Positions 8,375 to 15,777 of a stretch of 27,858 nt of DNA are shown piece after piece. The stretch comes from an uncultured Candidatus Saccharibacteria bacterium. GTDB lineage: Bacteria > Patescibacteriota > Minisyncoccia > JAHIHE01. Both the position numbers and the translations under genes were made by a program. Numbering within the stretch: the first letter of the stretch is position 1; each line of letters starts with the position of its first letter. The stretch is taken from positions 1 to 27,858 of the forward strand of contig CAZKGJ010000002.1 of NCBI GenBank assembly GCA_964552415.1, read 5' to 3'. The notes under the pieces are model-generated. The model saw only the letters and a program-made list of their open reading frames with translations. It did no database searches and was not told where the DNA came from.

Positions 8375-9703
8375 ATGGCTAAAAAATGCTTATTAAATTT
8401 ATTTATCGCCGTTATTTTTTTATTTTCTTTCTTTTTTGGTTTCAGCATATGGCAAGTCCAGGCCGATACTATAAGCGATTCCAAAGCCGCCCTAGAGGAG
8501 AAGAAGGCCAAGTTGGAGGAAGAAATCTCGCGCCTGCGGCAAGAAATAGACGCTCTCAAGCTTCAGGTCGGCCAGAAAGAGAGCGAAAAGAAGAATTTAA
8601 AAAAAGAGGTTGATATTCTGAACGGGAAAATCAGGGCGATTGAGCTGGAAATAAAAGCCACCGAGCTCGAGGTTGAACAACTTTCTTTTGAAATCAGCTC
8701 AACGGAAGAAAAAATAAAAACCAAAGGAGACGATTTGCTAAGGCGGAAGGATTTTTTGACAGAGTTGATGAGGGTACTGTATTTTTCGGATAATAAGTCG
8801 CTTACCGAAGTTTTTATTACATATGATAAATTATCCGATTTTTGGGACGAGTTTCAAAAAAATGAAACGTTACAAAGAAACATCAAAGACGCCATAGAGA
8901 ACATAAAAATTGCAAAACTGGAGCTTGAAAACAATAAGGTGAAATTATTGGACGAGCAGGAAGAAAAAAATTATCTGCTGGAGCTGAAAGAAAATCAAAA
9001 TCGGGATCTGACACTAAACAAAAAAGAAAAGCAGAAGATTTTGACTTCAACAATCAATGAACAGAAGGAATTGCAAAAACAACTTGAAAAAGGCGAGAAG
9101 CTTCTTCCCGCGATGATTGCACAGCTTCGTTCTTTGGAAATCGCCGGACAGGTGATTAACGCCGATATGGCCATAGCAGCCGCAAAATTCGCCTCGCAGG
9201 CGACCGGAGTAAGACCAGCGTATCTGCTCGGAATTTTAAAAGTGGAAACGAACTTGGGCGCAAATCTCGGCAGCGGATATTATAAAACAGATATGAATCC
9301 GTCTCAACAGCCGACTTTTTTGGAAATAATAAACGAACTTGGTCTGCCGGAAACTGTTCCGGTAAGCAAGAAGCCGAGAACTTACAGCGGCTGGGGCGGC
9401 GCGATGGGTCCGGCACAAATGATGCCTTTAACCTGGACGGCTTATAAGGCAGGCGTAACTTCTATCACCGGCAGTAATCCGCCCAACCCCTGGGACATAA
9501 AAGACGCGGTTGTGGCAATGGCTTTGAAGGTGTCCCAAGTTGCAGGAGTTGTCGGCGCGAATTTCAATGCGGAATACGAGGCGGCGGCAAGATATTTTGC
9601 CGGCGATAACTGGAGAAAATTCGTTTGGTATGCCAAAAATTCTTCTGGCACAGGAGTAATGGATTGGGCAGAAAGATACGAGGAGTTGTTAAAGGGTGGA
9701 TAA
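8375..9703 (+). CDS. Secreted coiled-coil protein with a C-terminal lytic murein transglycosylase domain
   Basis: Signal peptide ending VQA, a long E/K coiled coil, then LLGILKVETNLG and GGAMGPAQMMPLTW (lysozyme-like fold). ATG 8375 preferred. Confidence 0.8.
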   Translation: MAKKCLLNLFIAVIFLFSFFFGFSIWQVQADTISDSKAALEEKKAKLEEEISRLRQEIDALKLQVGQKESEKKNLKKEVDILNGKIRAIELEIKATELEVEQLSFEISSTEEKIKTKGDDLLRRKDFLTELMRVLYFSDNKSLTEVFITYDKLSDFWDEFQKNETLQRNIKDAIENIKIAKLELENNKVKLLDEQEEKNYLLELKENQNRDLTLNKKEKQKILTSTINEQKELQKQLEKGEKLLPAMIAQLRSLEIAGQVINADMAIAAAKFASQATGVRPAYLLGILKVETNLGANLGSGYYKTDMNPSQQPTFLEIINELGLPETVPVSKKPRTYSGWGGAMGPAQMMPLTWTAYKAGVTSITGSNPPNPWDIKDAVVAMALKVSQVAGVVGANFNAEYEAAARYFAGDNWRKFVWYAKNSSGTGVMDWAERYEELLKGG

Positions 9704-10636
9704 AGCTATTCTAATTATTCTGTTTAACCCTCGCAGATCTTTTAGTACTTTAATTTTATTTTTTGGTAAATATTTTTTTGCCAAGTTTTTAATTGCTGGA
9801 ATCTGGTGCGGGTCTGATTCTAAAAATATTTTTGCTTCTTTTGTCAGATATTTTGACAGGGAGGGAAAAATTTTCTCAAAATATTCTAAACCGTTATTTT
9901 TTGCCAGTAAAGATTTTTTCGGCTCGTGCTTGATTTCATAAAATTCGGCCGGCCGGCTTCCGTTTTTCAGCCATTTCCTATAATAATAATAATCATTTTC
10001 CACGTAAGGCAGGTTTGCCAGCAAAAAATCTAATTTTACGTTTTTCGGCAATGCTGCAAGTAAGTTTCCGCGACTAAAAATAATATTTTTGGCGCAATTA
10101 TGCGTTTTAGCGTTTTTTCTTGCTGCTTTCAACGCCTTTTCCGAAATATCAGTCGCGTAAATTTTTACGCGGTTGATTAGACCATTGTCTTTTAAGGATT
10201 TTGCAATTAATATGGCGATGGCGCCGGAACCGGTGCCAATATCGGCGATAATGATTTTTTTACCAGTTTCCAATTTTTTAAAAATTTCCCGTAAACTTTC
10301 TTCAACTAATATTTCGGTCTCCGGCCTGGGAATGAGAACATTTTTATCAATCCGAAAATTCAGGCCGTAAAATTCTTTTTCGCCAGTAATATAGGCAACA
10401 GGTTCAAATTTTGCTCTGCGCCGCACAAAGCCAAAAAATTTTTTCCGCGCGGCTTTGGATACATTGTAATCACTGTTAATATATAGCCAGGTTTTGTCGC
10501 TATCAGGCTGCAAATAAGCATGGGGGGATTTTTTTAGAGCATAAAGCAATAATATTTCCACATCAAGAGCGGATGATTCTATTTGCCTTGCCGCGAGTAT
10601 TTTTGCCCCCTTTTTAAGCACTTCTCTTACAGTCAT
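9689..10636 (-). CDS. prmC: Release factor glutamine methyltransferase
   Basis: EPVAYITGEKEFYG, VLIPRPETE, DIGTGSGAIA and ANLPY (NPPY equivalent); adjacent to prfA. Confidence 0.93.
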   Translation of the reverse strand: MTVREVLKKGAKILAARQIESSALDVEILLLYALKKSPHAYLQPDSDKTWLYINSDYNVSKAARKKFFGFVRRRAKFEPVAYITGEKEFYGLNFRIDKNVLIPRPETEILVEESLREIFKKLETGKKIIIADIGTGSGAIAILIAKSLKDNGLINRVKIYATDISEKALKAARKNAKTHNCAKNIIFSRGNLLAALPKNVKLDFLLANLPYVENDYYYYRKWLKNGSRPAEFYEIKHEPKKSLLAKNNGLEYFEKIFPSLSKYLTKEAKIFLESDPHQIPAIKNLAKKYLPKNKIKVLKDLRGLNRIIRIALSTL

Positions 10637-11685
10637 TTTTGCTTCTCTGTTTCATTTTTAATAGAATTGACAATATTTTCAATATTTCCCTCCAAAATTT
10701 TATCAAGATCCTGCCAGCTTTTTTTAATTCTGTGGTCAGTTACGCGGTTTTGGGGGAAATTATAAGTCCGGATTTTTTCGCTTCGGTCAGCTGTTCCGAT
10801 TTGCGCTTTTCGCGTTTTGCGTTCTTCTTTTTCCCGTCTTTCTTCCTGCTGCGCGAGCAGTTTGCTTCTTAAAATTTTTAAAGCCCGTTCCTTGTTTTTA
10901 TGCTGAGATTTTTCATCCTGGCATTTTACAATCAATCCGGTCGGAAGATAAGTTATTCGCACGGCTGATTCGGTTTTATTTACATTTTGTCCGCCTGGAC
11001 CGCCGGACCGAAAAGTGTCAATTCTTATATCCTGCGGCTTGATTGCGATTTCTTTTTCTTCAGCTTGGGCCAAAACCGCCACCGTGGCGGTGGAGGTGTG
11101 CACTCTGCCTGCCTTTTCGGTAACTGGTATTCTTTGAACCCTGTGGACTCCGCTTTCATATTTCATTGTGCCGTAAACATCTGTGCCGTTAACTTCAAAT
11201 ACAACCTCTTTTAATCCACCTGTGGAAGACGGACTGGAGTCAAGCAGCCGCGTCTGCCAGCCGTTTTTTTCTGCGAATTTAGCGTACATTCTAAACAAAT
11301 CCGCGGCGAATAGCGCTGCCTCTTCTCCGCCTGCGCCTGCGCGAATTTCTACAATTACGTTCTTCAAATCAATGGGATTTTTGGGAATAAGCTCGTTTTT
11401 TATTTCATTCTCCAAGACAGCCTGCTCGTTGCGTAGAGTCTTTATTTCTTTTTTAGCCAGATCAGAAAGTTCGTCTGTCTTTTCTTTCGCAATCATTTCT
11501 TCAAGATCTTTCAACTCTTTGGATATTTTTTCAAACCGCTCATATTTTTTCAGCGCATCAAGAAGCAGTTTCTGCCTCTTAAGCAACTGCTGGCTTTTTT
11601 GGGCATCAGAAAACACTTCTGGGCTTTCTAGTTCAGAAGTAATTTTTTCATACTCACTTTTTACTTTTAAGATTTTTTCTTTCAT
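10633..11685 (-). CDS. prfA: Peptide chain release factor 1
   Basis: EIRAGAGG, ESGVHRVQR, PVT specificity motif, GGPGGQ and RTYNFPQNRVTDHR. Start could be 11694 or 11685. Confidence 0.97.
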   Translation of the reverse strand: MKEKILKVKSEYEKITSELESPEVFSDAQKSQQLLKRQKLLLDALKKYERFEKISKELKDLEEMIAKEKTDELSDLAKKEIKTLRNEQAVLENEIKNELIPKNPIDLKNVIVEIRAGAGGEEAALFAADLFRMYAKFAEKNGWQTRLLDSSPSSTGGLKEVVFEVNGTDVYGTMKYESGVHRVQRIPVTEKAGRVHTSTATVAVLAQAEEKEIAIKPQDIRIDTFRSGGPGGQNVNKTESAVRITYLPTGLIVKCQDEKSQHKNKERALKILRSKLLAQQEERREKEERKTRKAQIGTADRSEKIRTYNFPQNRVTDHRIKKSWQDLDKILEGNIENIVNSIKNETEKQK

Positions 11686-11694
11686 AAATATCAA

Positions 11695-11766
11695 ATTAAC
11701 GGTTAACAGTTAGCAATTAACAGTCAAAATTTTTATTGTCAATTGTTTACTGCTGATTGTTAATTG
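11695..11766. repeat. Heptamer-periodic imperfect inverted repeat, copy 1 (upstream of prfA)
   Basis: Left arm ttaacgg-ttaacag-ttagcaa-ttaacag; right arm ttgtcaa-ttgttta-ctgctga-ttgttaa. Confidence 0.65.
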
Positions 11767-11833
11767 GGTTGCACATACAACAAACCCCCGAAACCATATA
11801 GATAGCAGGGGATTATTAGTGTTACTTTTGTTA

Positions 11834-12124
11834 TTACTCCTTGCCAGTTTCTTTTCTTGCAGCAGTTTTTTCTTTCGCCGCAACCACTTCTTTTTTTGCC
11901 TTTTTTGCTTTCGGTTTGGATATTTTCTTTTTCGCCATCAGCTTTTCAAATCTTTCCACACGTCCAGTGACGTCAATTATTTTCTTTTTACCAGTGTAAA
12001 AAGGGTGGCAGGCAGAACAGATCTCCGCAAGAAGTTCGGGTTTAGTTGACCTGGTTTCAAAGGTTGCGCCGCAAGCGCATCTTACTATTGATTTGGCGTA
12101 TTTCGGATGAATATTTGGTTTCAT
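11834..12124 (-). CDS. rpmE: 50S ribosomal protein L31 (Zn-binding type) with Lys-rich tail
   Basis: [23 protein letters not shown] and GRVERF. True start is 12124, not 12163. Confidence 0.95.
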   Translation of the reverse strand: MKPNIHPKYAKSIVRCACGATFETRSTKPELLAEICSACHPFYTGKKKIIDVTGRVERFEKLMAKKKISKPKAKKAKKEVVAAKEKTAARKETGKE

Positions 12125-12133
12125 AAAATAAAA

Positions 12134-12213
12134 AATTAACAGTAAACAATTAGCAATTAACAACCTAAACCATGATCTGTTCGTTAACTGTTGATTGCTA
12201 ATTGTTGATTGAT
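12134..12213. repeat. Heptamer-periodic imperfect inverted repeat, copy 2 (upstream of rpmE)
   Basis: Left arm ttaacag-taaacaa-ttagcaa-ttaacaa; right arm ttaactg-ttgattg-ctaattg-ttgattg. Shares ttagcaattaaca with copy 1. Confidence 0.65.
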
Positions 12214-12225
12214 TTCAATAAAATC

Positions 12226-12254
12226 ATTCTATCATACAATATCTTTCTTGACAA
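12226..12254 (-). promoter_or_regulatory. sigma70 promoter for rpmE-prfA-prmC
   Basis: Minus strand TTGTCA (12254-12249), 17 nt, TAGAAT (12231-12226), with a TG extension. Confidence 0.6.
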
Positions 12255-12276
12255 GGGTAAGAGAGTAAGTTATTAT
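12248..12276 (+). promoter_or_regulatory. sigma70 promoter for rpsB-tsf
   Basis: TTGACA (12248-12253), 17 nt, TATTAT (12271-12276). Confidence 0.65.
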
Positions 12277-12284
12277 ATCAAGGG

Positions 12285-12456
12285 TACATTTAGTACCCGT
12301 ATCAAGACTTGTACTAAAGTTTGTTTTTTATTGCGGCACCGTAGCATCTCCGCCATAGGCGGAGATATGAAGGCGAACCAAGAGATATCAGCGCGGTTGA
12401 AACTTATTGTAAAAAACCTATTCTGATACTCCGCGGCTTGCCGCGGGGTCGGGTTT
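12285..12456 (+). promoter_or_regulatory. Long structured rpsB 5' leader
   Basis: About 170 nt between promoter and ATG, with hairpins atctccgcc-ata-ggcggagat (12346-12366) and actccgcgg-cttg-ccgcggggt (12428-12449). Confidence 0.45.
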
Positions 12457-13164
12457 ATGGAAGATATTATAATTAACCCTAAGGAGACAAATCTGATGGA
12501 AATGCTAAAAGCAGGCGTTCATTTCGGCCATAAAACAACGAAATGGAATCCCAAAATGGCGCAGTATATTTTTGGGGTAAGAAACGGTATTCATATCATT
12601 GACCTTGAACGAACAATCAGCGGTTTAAACTCTGCTCTGGCGTTCGTAAATAAAATTGCCTCAAGCGGAGGCGTAATGGCTTTTATAGGAACCAAAAAGC
12701 AGGTTAGGGGACTAATAAAGGAATCTGCGGTAAAAATCGGAATGCCCTACGTGGCAGAAAGATGGATTGGCGGACTTTTTACTAATTTTGAAGTTATCTC
12801 GCGACAAATAAAATTGCTTGATCAGCTGGAAAAAGACCGCGATACGGGGAAATTTGATAAATATACAAAAAAAGAACAGCTTAATCTCATCCGTAAAATA
12901 AAAAAATTAATTCAGAAATTCGGCGGTATAAGAACATTGAAAAAAGCGCCTGAGGCGATTTTTGTCGCGGACATCAATGTTGACAGAATCGCAGTTGACG
13001 AAGCGAGAAAGAAGAACGTGCCTATAATCGCAATAGTGGATACAGATACCGATCCTTCACTGGTGAATTATCCGATTCCGGCAAATGACGACGCAATCAG
13101 TTCAGTCAAACTGATTGTTGAAAAAATCGCCAACGAATTTATAAAAAATAAAAAACAAGCTTAA
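12457..13164 (+). CDS. rpsB: 30S ribosomal protein S2
   Basis: MLKAGVHFGH, WNPKM, RNGIHIIDL, ERWIGG and PIPANDDA. Confidence 0.98.
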   Translation: MEDIIINPKETNLMEMLKAGVHFGHKTTKWNPKMAQYIFGVRNGIHIIDLERTISGLNSALAFVNKIASSGGVMAFIGTKKQVRGLIKESAVKIGMPYVAERWIGGLFTNFEVISRQIKLLDQLEKDRDTGKFDKYTKKEQLNLIRKIKKLIQKFGGIRTLKKAPEAIFVADINVDRIAVDEARKKNVPIIAIVDTDTDPSLVNYPIPANDDAISSVKLIVEKIANEFIKNKKQA

Positions 13165-13168
13165 AACA

Positions 13169-13759
13169 ATGATTGATGTGCAGAGGATAAAAGCGCTACG
13201 CGAATCAACGGGAGCAAGCATGGTTGATTGTCAAAAAATTCTTAACGAGACAAAAGGAGATTTTGAAGCAGCAAAAAAAATCTTGACGGAAAAAGCCAAA
13301 AGAGTAGTTGATAAAAAAACTGGCCGTCTGACAGGCGAAGGAGTAGTGGAAGCATATATTCACGGCAACAAAAAAATCGGCGTTCTGTTGGAATTGACCT
13401 GCGAAAGCGATTTCGTCGCCAAAAATTCGCATTTTTTGGAACTGGCGCATAATATAGCCATACATATTGCAGCGGCCAATCCTCTTTGCATTGATTCTCC
13501 CCAAGAAAATCAAGAAATTAAGAAAATAATTGAAGAAGAAAAAAAGAAAGCGATGGAGGAATTTAAAAGGAAGCCAAAAGAAATGATTGAAAACATTATC
13601 GCGGGCAAAATTAAAAAATATACCGACGGAATAACTCTATTGAGGCAGGAATATGTCAAAGATCCTAAAAAAACCGTGGGCGATATCATCAATGAGGCGA
13701 TTGCAAAGCTCGGAGAAAATATAAAAGTAAAAAGGTTTTGCCGCTTTCAGGTCAAATGA
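13169..13759 (+). CDS. tsf: Elongation factor Ts (short form)
   Basis: LRESTGASMVDC, LTCESDFVA and VKRFCRFQV; follows rpsB. Confidence 0.96.
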   Translation: MIDVQRIKALRESTGASMVDCQKILNETKGDFEAAKKILTEKAKRVVDKKTGRLTGEGVVEAYIHGNKKIGVLLELTCESDFVAKNSHFLELAHNIAIHIAAANPLCIDSPQENQEIKKIIEEEKKKAMEEFKRKPKEMIENIIAGKIKKYTDGITLLRQEYVKDPKKTVGDIINEAIAKLGENIKVKRFCRFQVK

Positions 13760-13805
13760 CGGTAATTTTAATAAAACAACGTTTTTTTGTTTCAATACAG
13801 CGCTT

Positions 13806-13826
13806 CCTGCTTACTATCTAGGCAGG
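13806..13826. repeat. Degenerate cctgc...gcagg palindrome
   Basis: cctgctta/taggcagg 8-bp stem (one G-U) with a ctatc loop, in the tsf-yaaT spacer. Confidence 0.4.
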
Positions 13827-13848
13827 TTTTGATATATAGCCCGATTAT

Positions 13849-14709
13849 ATGATTGCACAAGCTAAAATTTATCCATGGGCAAAAAAATCCGAATTTGACA
13901 TTGGCAATTTAAAACTACAAAAAGGAAATTATATTATCGTAAAAGACGCTGATGATCGAGAAGGCGATATAGAAGCGATTGAGATACTTGCCGTTAGAGA
14001 AAAAACTTCCGCTGAAAATGCGAGGCCGATTATAAAAATCGCCAACGCTTCCGATATTGAACGAATAAAACAATACAGCATAAAAAAATCTGAGGTATTG
14101 AATTTTATAAAAAGTAAAGTGAGGAGCGGTAATATTAAAATTAAAATTATAGACATACAATTCAGTTTTGACAGTTCGCGGATAAATGTAGCTTTTACCG
14201 CAGCGCAGAGGGTGGATTTCAGAGAACTGGTAAAAGATATTTCAAGGCATTTTCAAAAGTCAATAAAAATGATTCAGGTCGGCGTTCGGGACAGTGCGAG
14301 AAATTTCGGAGGAATCGGTGTATGCGGAAGGTGTTTGTGCTGCGCCAGCTTTTTGAAAAAACTTGAAAGCGTGACTATAAGCGACGCCAAATCTCAACGG
14401 CTGGACAGCAGATCGGCAAGCCGTCTCAGCGGCGTATGCGGTCGTCTTAAATGCTGTATGGCATACGAGGCCAAGTTGTATAACGAGCTGAGTAAAAGCT
14501 TACCCGAAATTGGGCGAGAGGTAATCACGCCGCGTGGAGAAGGCGAAGTTGTGGACTTGGATATTTTATCTCGCAGGGTAAAAGTGCGGCTGGCAGACAA
14601 AACCTCCACCCTTTTTAACTTCGGGAATATAAAATTAATCAGCCGTAATGCGGGGCTGATAAAAAAAGTTAATACGAAATCCATTGTTAGTATTCGCAAG
14701 AATTTCTAA
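13849..14709 (+). CDS. PSP1-domain / stage 0 sporulation YaaT (RicT) family protein
   Basis: RVDFRELVKD, GGIGVCGRCLCC and SGVCGRLKCCMAYE motifs. Confidence 0.88.
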   Translation: MIAQAKIYPWAKKSEFDIGNLKLQKGNYIIVKDADDREGDIEAIEILAVREKTSAENARPIIKIANASDIERIKQYSIKKSEVLNFIKSKVRSGNIKIKIIDIQFSFDSSRINVAFTAAQRVDFRELVKDISRHFQKSIKMIQVGVRDSARNFGGIGVCGRCLCCASFLKKLESVTISDAKSQRLDSRSASRLSGVCGRLKCCMAYEAKLYNELSKSLPEIGREVITPRGEGEVVDLDILSRRVKVRLADKTSTLFNFGNIKLISRNAGLIKKVNTKSIVSIRKNF

Positions 14710-14725
14710 TGTGGCTTGTAAATTT

Positions 14726-15244
14726 ATGAGTTACGACGCCGTCTTATCAACCTTGATTATTCTTTCGTTTTCTGGCATAATTATAACCTTAGTTAGAAAA
14801 ATTCCCGAAGTTTCTTTAGAATATCAGCAGAACAAAGCATTGTACGATACTATAGCCGATAAAAGCGGAAAACTTTCAAGGGCGGAAAATTTGTTTCGTT
14901 TTGTCCTAGTAAGACTTGAGAAGCTCTTGCGCCAGATAAGAATATACATCTTGAAACTGGATGGAAAAACATTCGGATGGATTCAATATTTGCGCAAAAG
15001 ATCTTTGGAAATTACTTACAATGCCAATAAAATTCCGCTGAAATTGCATTTTAAAATAGAAGAAGGCAGGATTTTAAATATACTTGCCAAAAATCCTAAG
15101 AACCCAGAAAATTACAAAAAATTGGGATTATTGTATCTTCAAAGCAAAAATTTTAAAGATGCCAGCGAAGCGCTGAAAGAATACCTGAAACTGAATCCAT
15201 ATGACAAAGAGATTAAAAAAATCTTAAAAGAAATGCCGACTTAG
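14726..15244 (+). CDS. Membrane-anchored TPR-like protein
   Basis: N-terminal TM segment and a C-terminal TPR-like NPKNPENYKKLGLLY...A...L.LNP. ATG 14726 preferred. The stop codon overlaps the split tRNA shell. Confidence 0.7.
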   Translation: MSYDAVLSTLIILSFSGIIITLVRKIPEVSLEYQQNKALYDTIADKSGKLSRAENLFRFVLVRLEKLLRQIRIYILKLDGKTFGWIQYLRKRSLEITYNANKIPLKLHFKIEEGRILNILAKNPKNPENYKKLGLLYLQSKNFKDASEALKEYLKLNPYDKEIKKILKEMPT

Positions 15245-15418
15245 CTCAATGGCAGAGCAACTTTTTTGCGACGGCCCCGCACCTTTTACGCCACCTTAGC
15301 TCAGGGGCAGAGCAACTGTTTTGTAAACAGTAGGTCCTCGGTCCGAATCCGAGAGGTGGCTCTCACTAAAAAGTGTGGGGTAAATAAATCGTCGGTTCAA
15401 GTCCGACAGTCGGCTCCA
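15235..15418 (+). pseudogene. Split tRNA-Thr-like shell interrupted at the anticodon by a ~100-110-nt insert
   Basis: Acceptor GCCGACT (15235-41)/AGTCGGC (15408-14) plus TCCA, D arm GCTC/GAGC, and T arm GTCGG-TTCAAGT-CCGAC are all perfect. The anticodon region is interrupted after 15268. Confidence 0.7.
15290..15361 (+). tRNA. tRNA-Thr(TGT), nested
   Basis: Full cloverleaf GCCACCT/AGGTGGC with ACTGT-TT-TGT-AA-ACAGT. T loop is TCCGAAT (C55 variant). No encoded CCA. Confidence 0.9.
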
Positions 15419-15419
15419 C

Positions 15420-15503
15420 GGGCGGATACCGAAGTAGTCAAACGGGGCAGACTGTAAATCTGTTGGCCTCCGGCCTTCGAAGGTGCAAATCCTTCTCCGC
15501 CCA
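15420..15503 (+). tRNA. tRNA-Tyr(GTA)
   Basis: GGGCGGA/TCCGCCC acceptor, GCAGA-CT-GTA-AA-TCTGT anticodon arm, long variable arm. Confidence 0.93.
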
Positions 15504-15512
15504 CATAAATAC

Positions 15513-15585
15513 GCCGTTATAGCTCAGTTGGCAGAGCAACTCCATGGTAAGGAGTAGGTCCGCGGTTCAAATCCGCGTAACGGCT
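15513..15585 (+). tRNA. tRNA-Thr(GGT)
   Basis: GCCGTTA/TAACGGC acceptor, ACTCC-AT-GGT-AA-GGAGT anticodon arm, T arm CGCGG-TTCAAAT-CCGCG. Confidence 0.95.
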
Positions 15586-15615
15586 CAGATAATTTTAACA
15601 ATATTTCAAAATAAT

Positions 15616-15771
15616 ATGTCGCAAGAAAGATTAACAAAACTGCAGTGTACGGCATGCAAAAAAATCAATTATCTTACTTTTAAAAGCAAAGGTGCTGCGA
15701 AAGACAAGATGGAAATTATCAAATTTTGCAAATCGTGCCGTAAACATACGCCACACAAAGAATCAAAATAA
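15616..15771 (+). CDS. rpmG: 50S ribosomal protein L33 (Zn-binding type)
   Basis: LQCTACKKINY, KFCKSCRKHTPHKE. True start is 15616; the longer ORF in the track overlaps a tRNA. Confidence 0.95.
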   Translation: MSQERLTKLQCTACKKINYLTFKSKGAAKDKMEIIKFCKSCRKHTPHKESK

Positions 15772-15777
15772 AGACGT

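Noticed and set aside
11183-11713. 176-aa plus-strand ORF, and similar antisense ORFs such as 7851-8264, 6761-7150 and 24948-25439
   Set aside because: Shadow frames of well-supported genes, with Ser/Phe-rich composition and no motifs.
11782-11815. Terminator between rpmE and prfA
   Set aside because: Only a short, interrupted cccc/gggg stem with a poor U tract; too weak to call.
12125-12163. N-terminal extension of rpmE ([13 protein letters not shown])
   Set aside because: It is a translation of the heptamer repeat; the conserved L31 start is 12124.
11695-12213. CRISPR array
   Set aside because: Only two imperfect, internally periodic copies enclosing a ribosomal gene; no repeat-spacer series and no cas genes.
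15544-15615. N-terminal extension of rpmG from the ORF track
   Set aside because: It overlaps tRNA-Thr(GGT); the real start is 15616.
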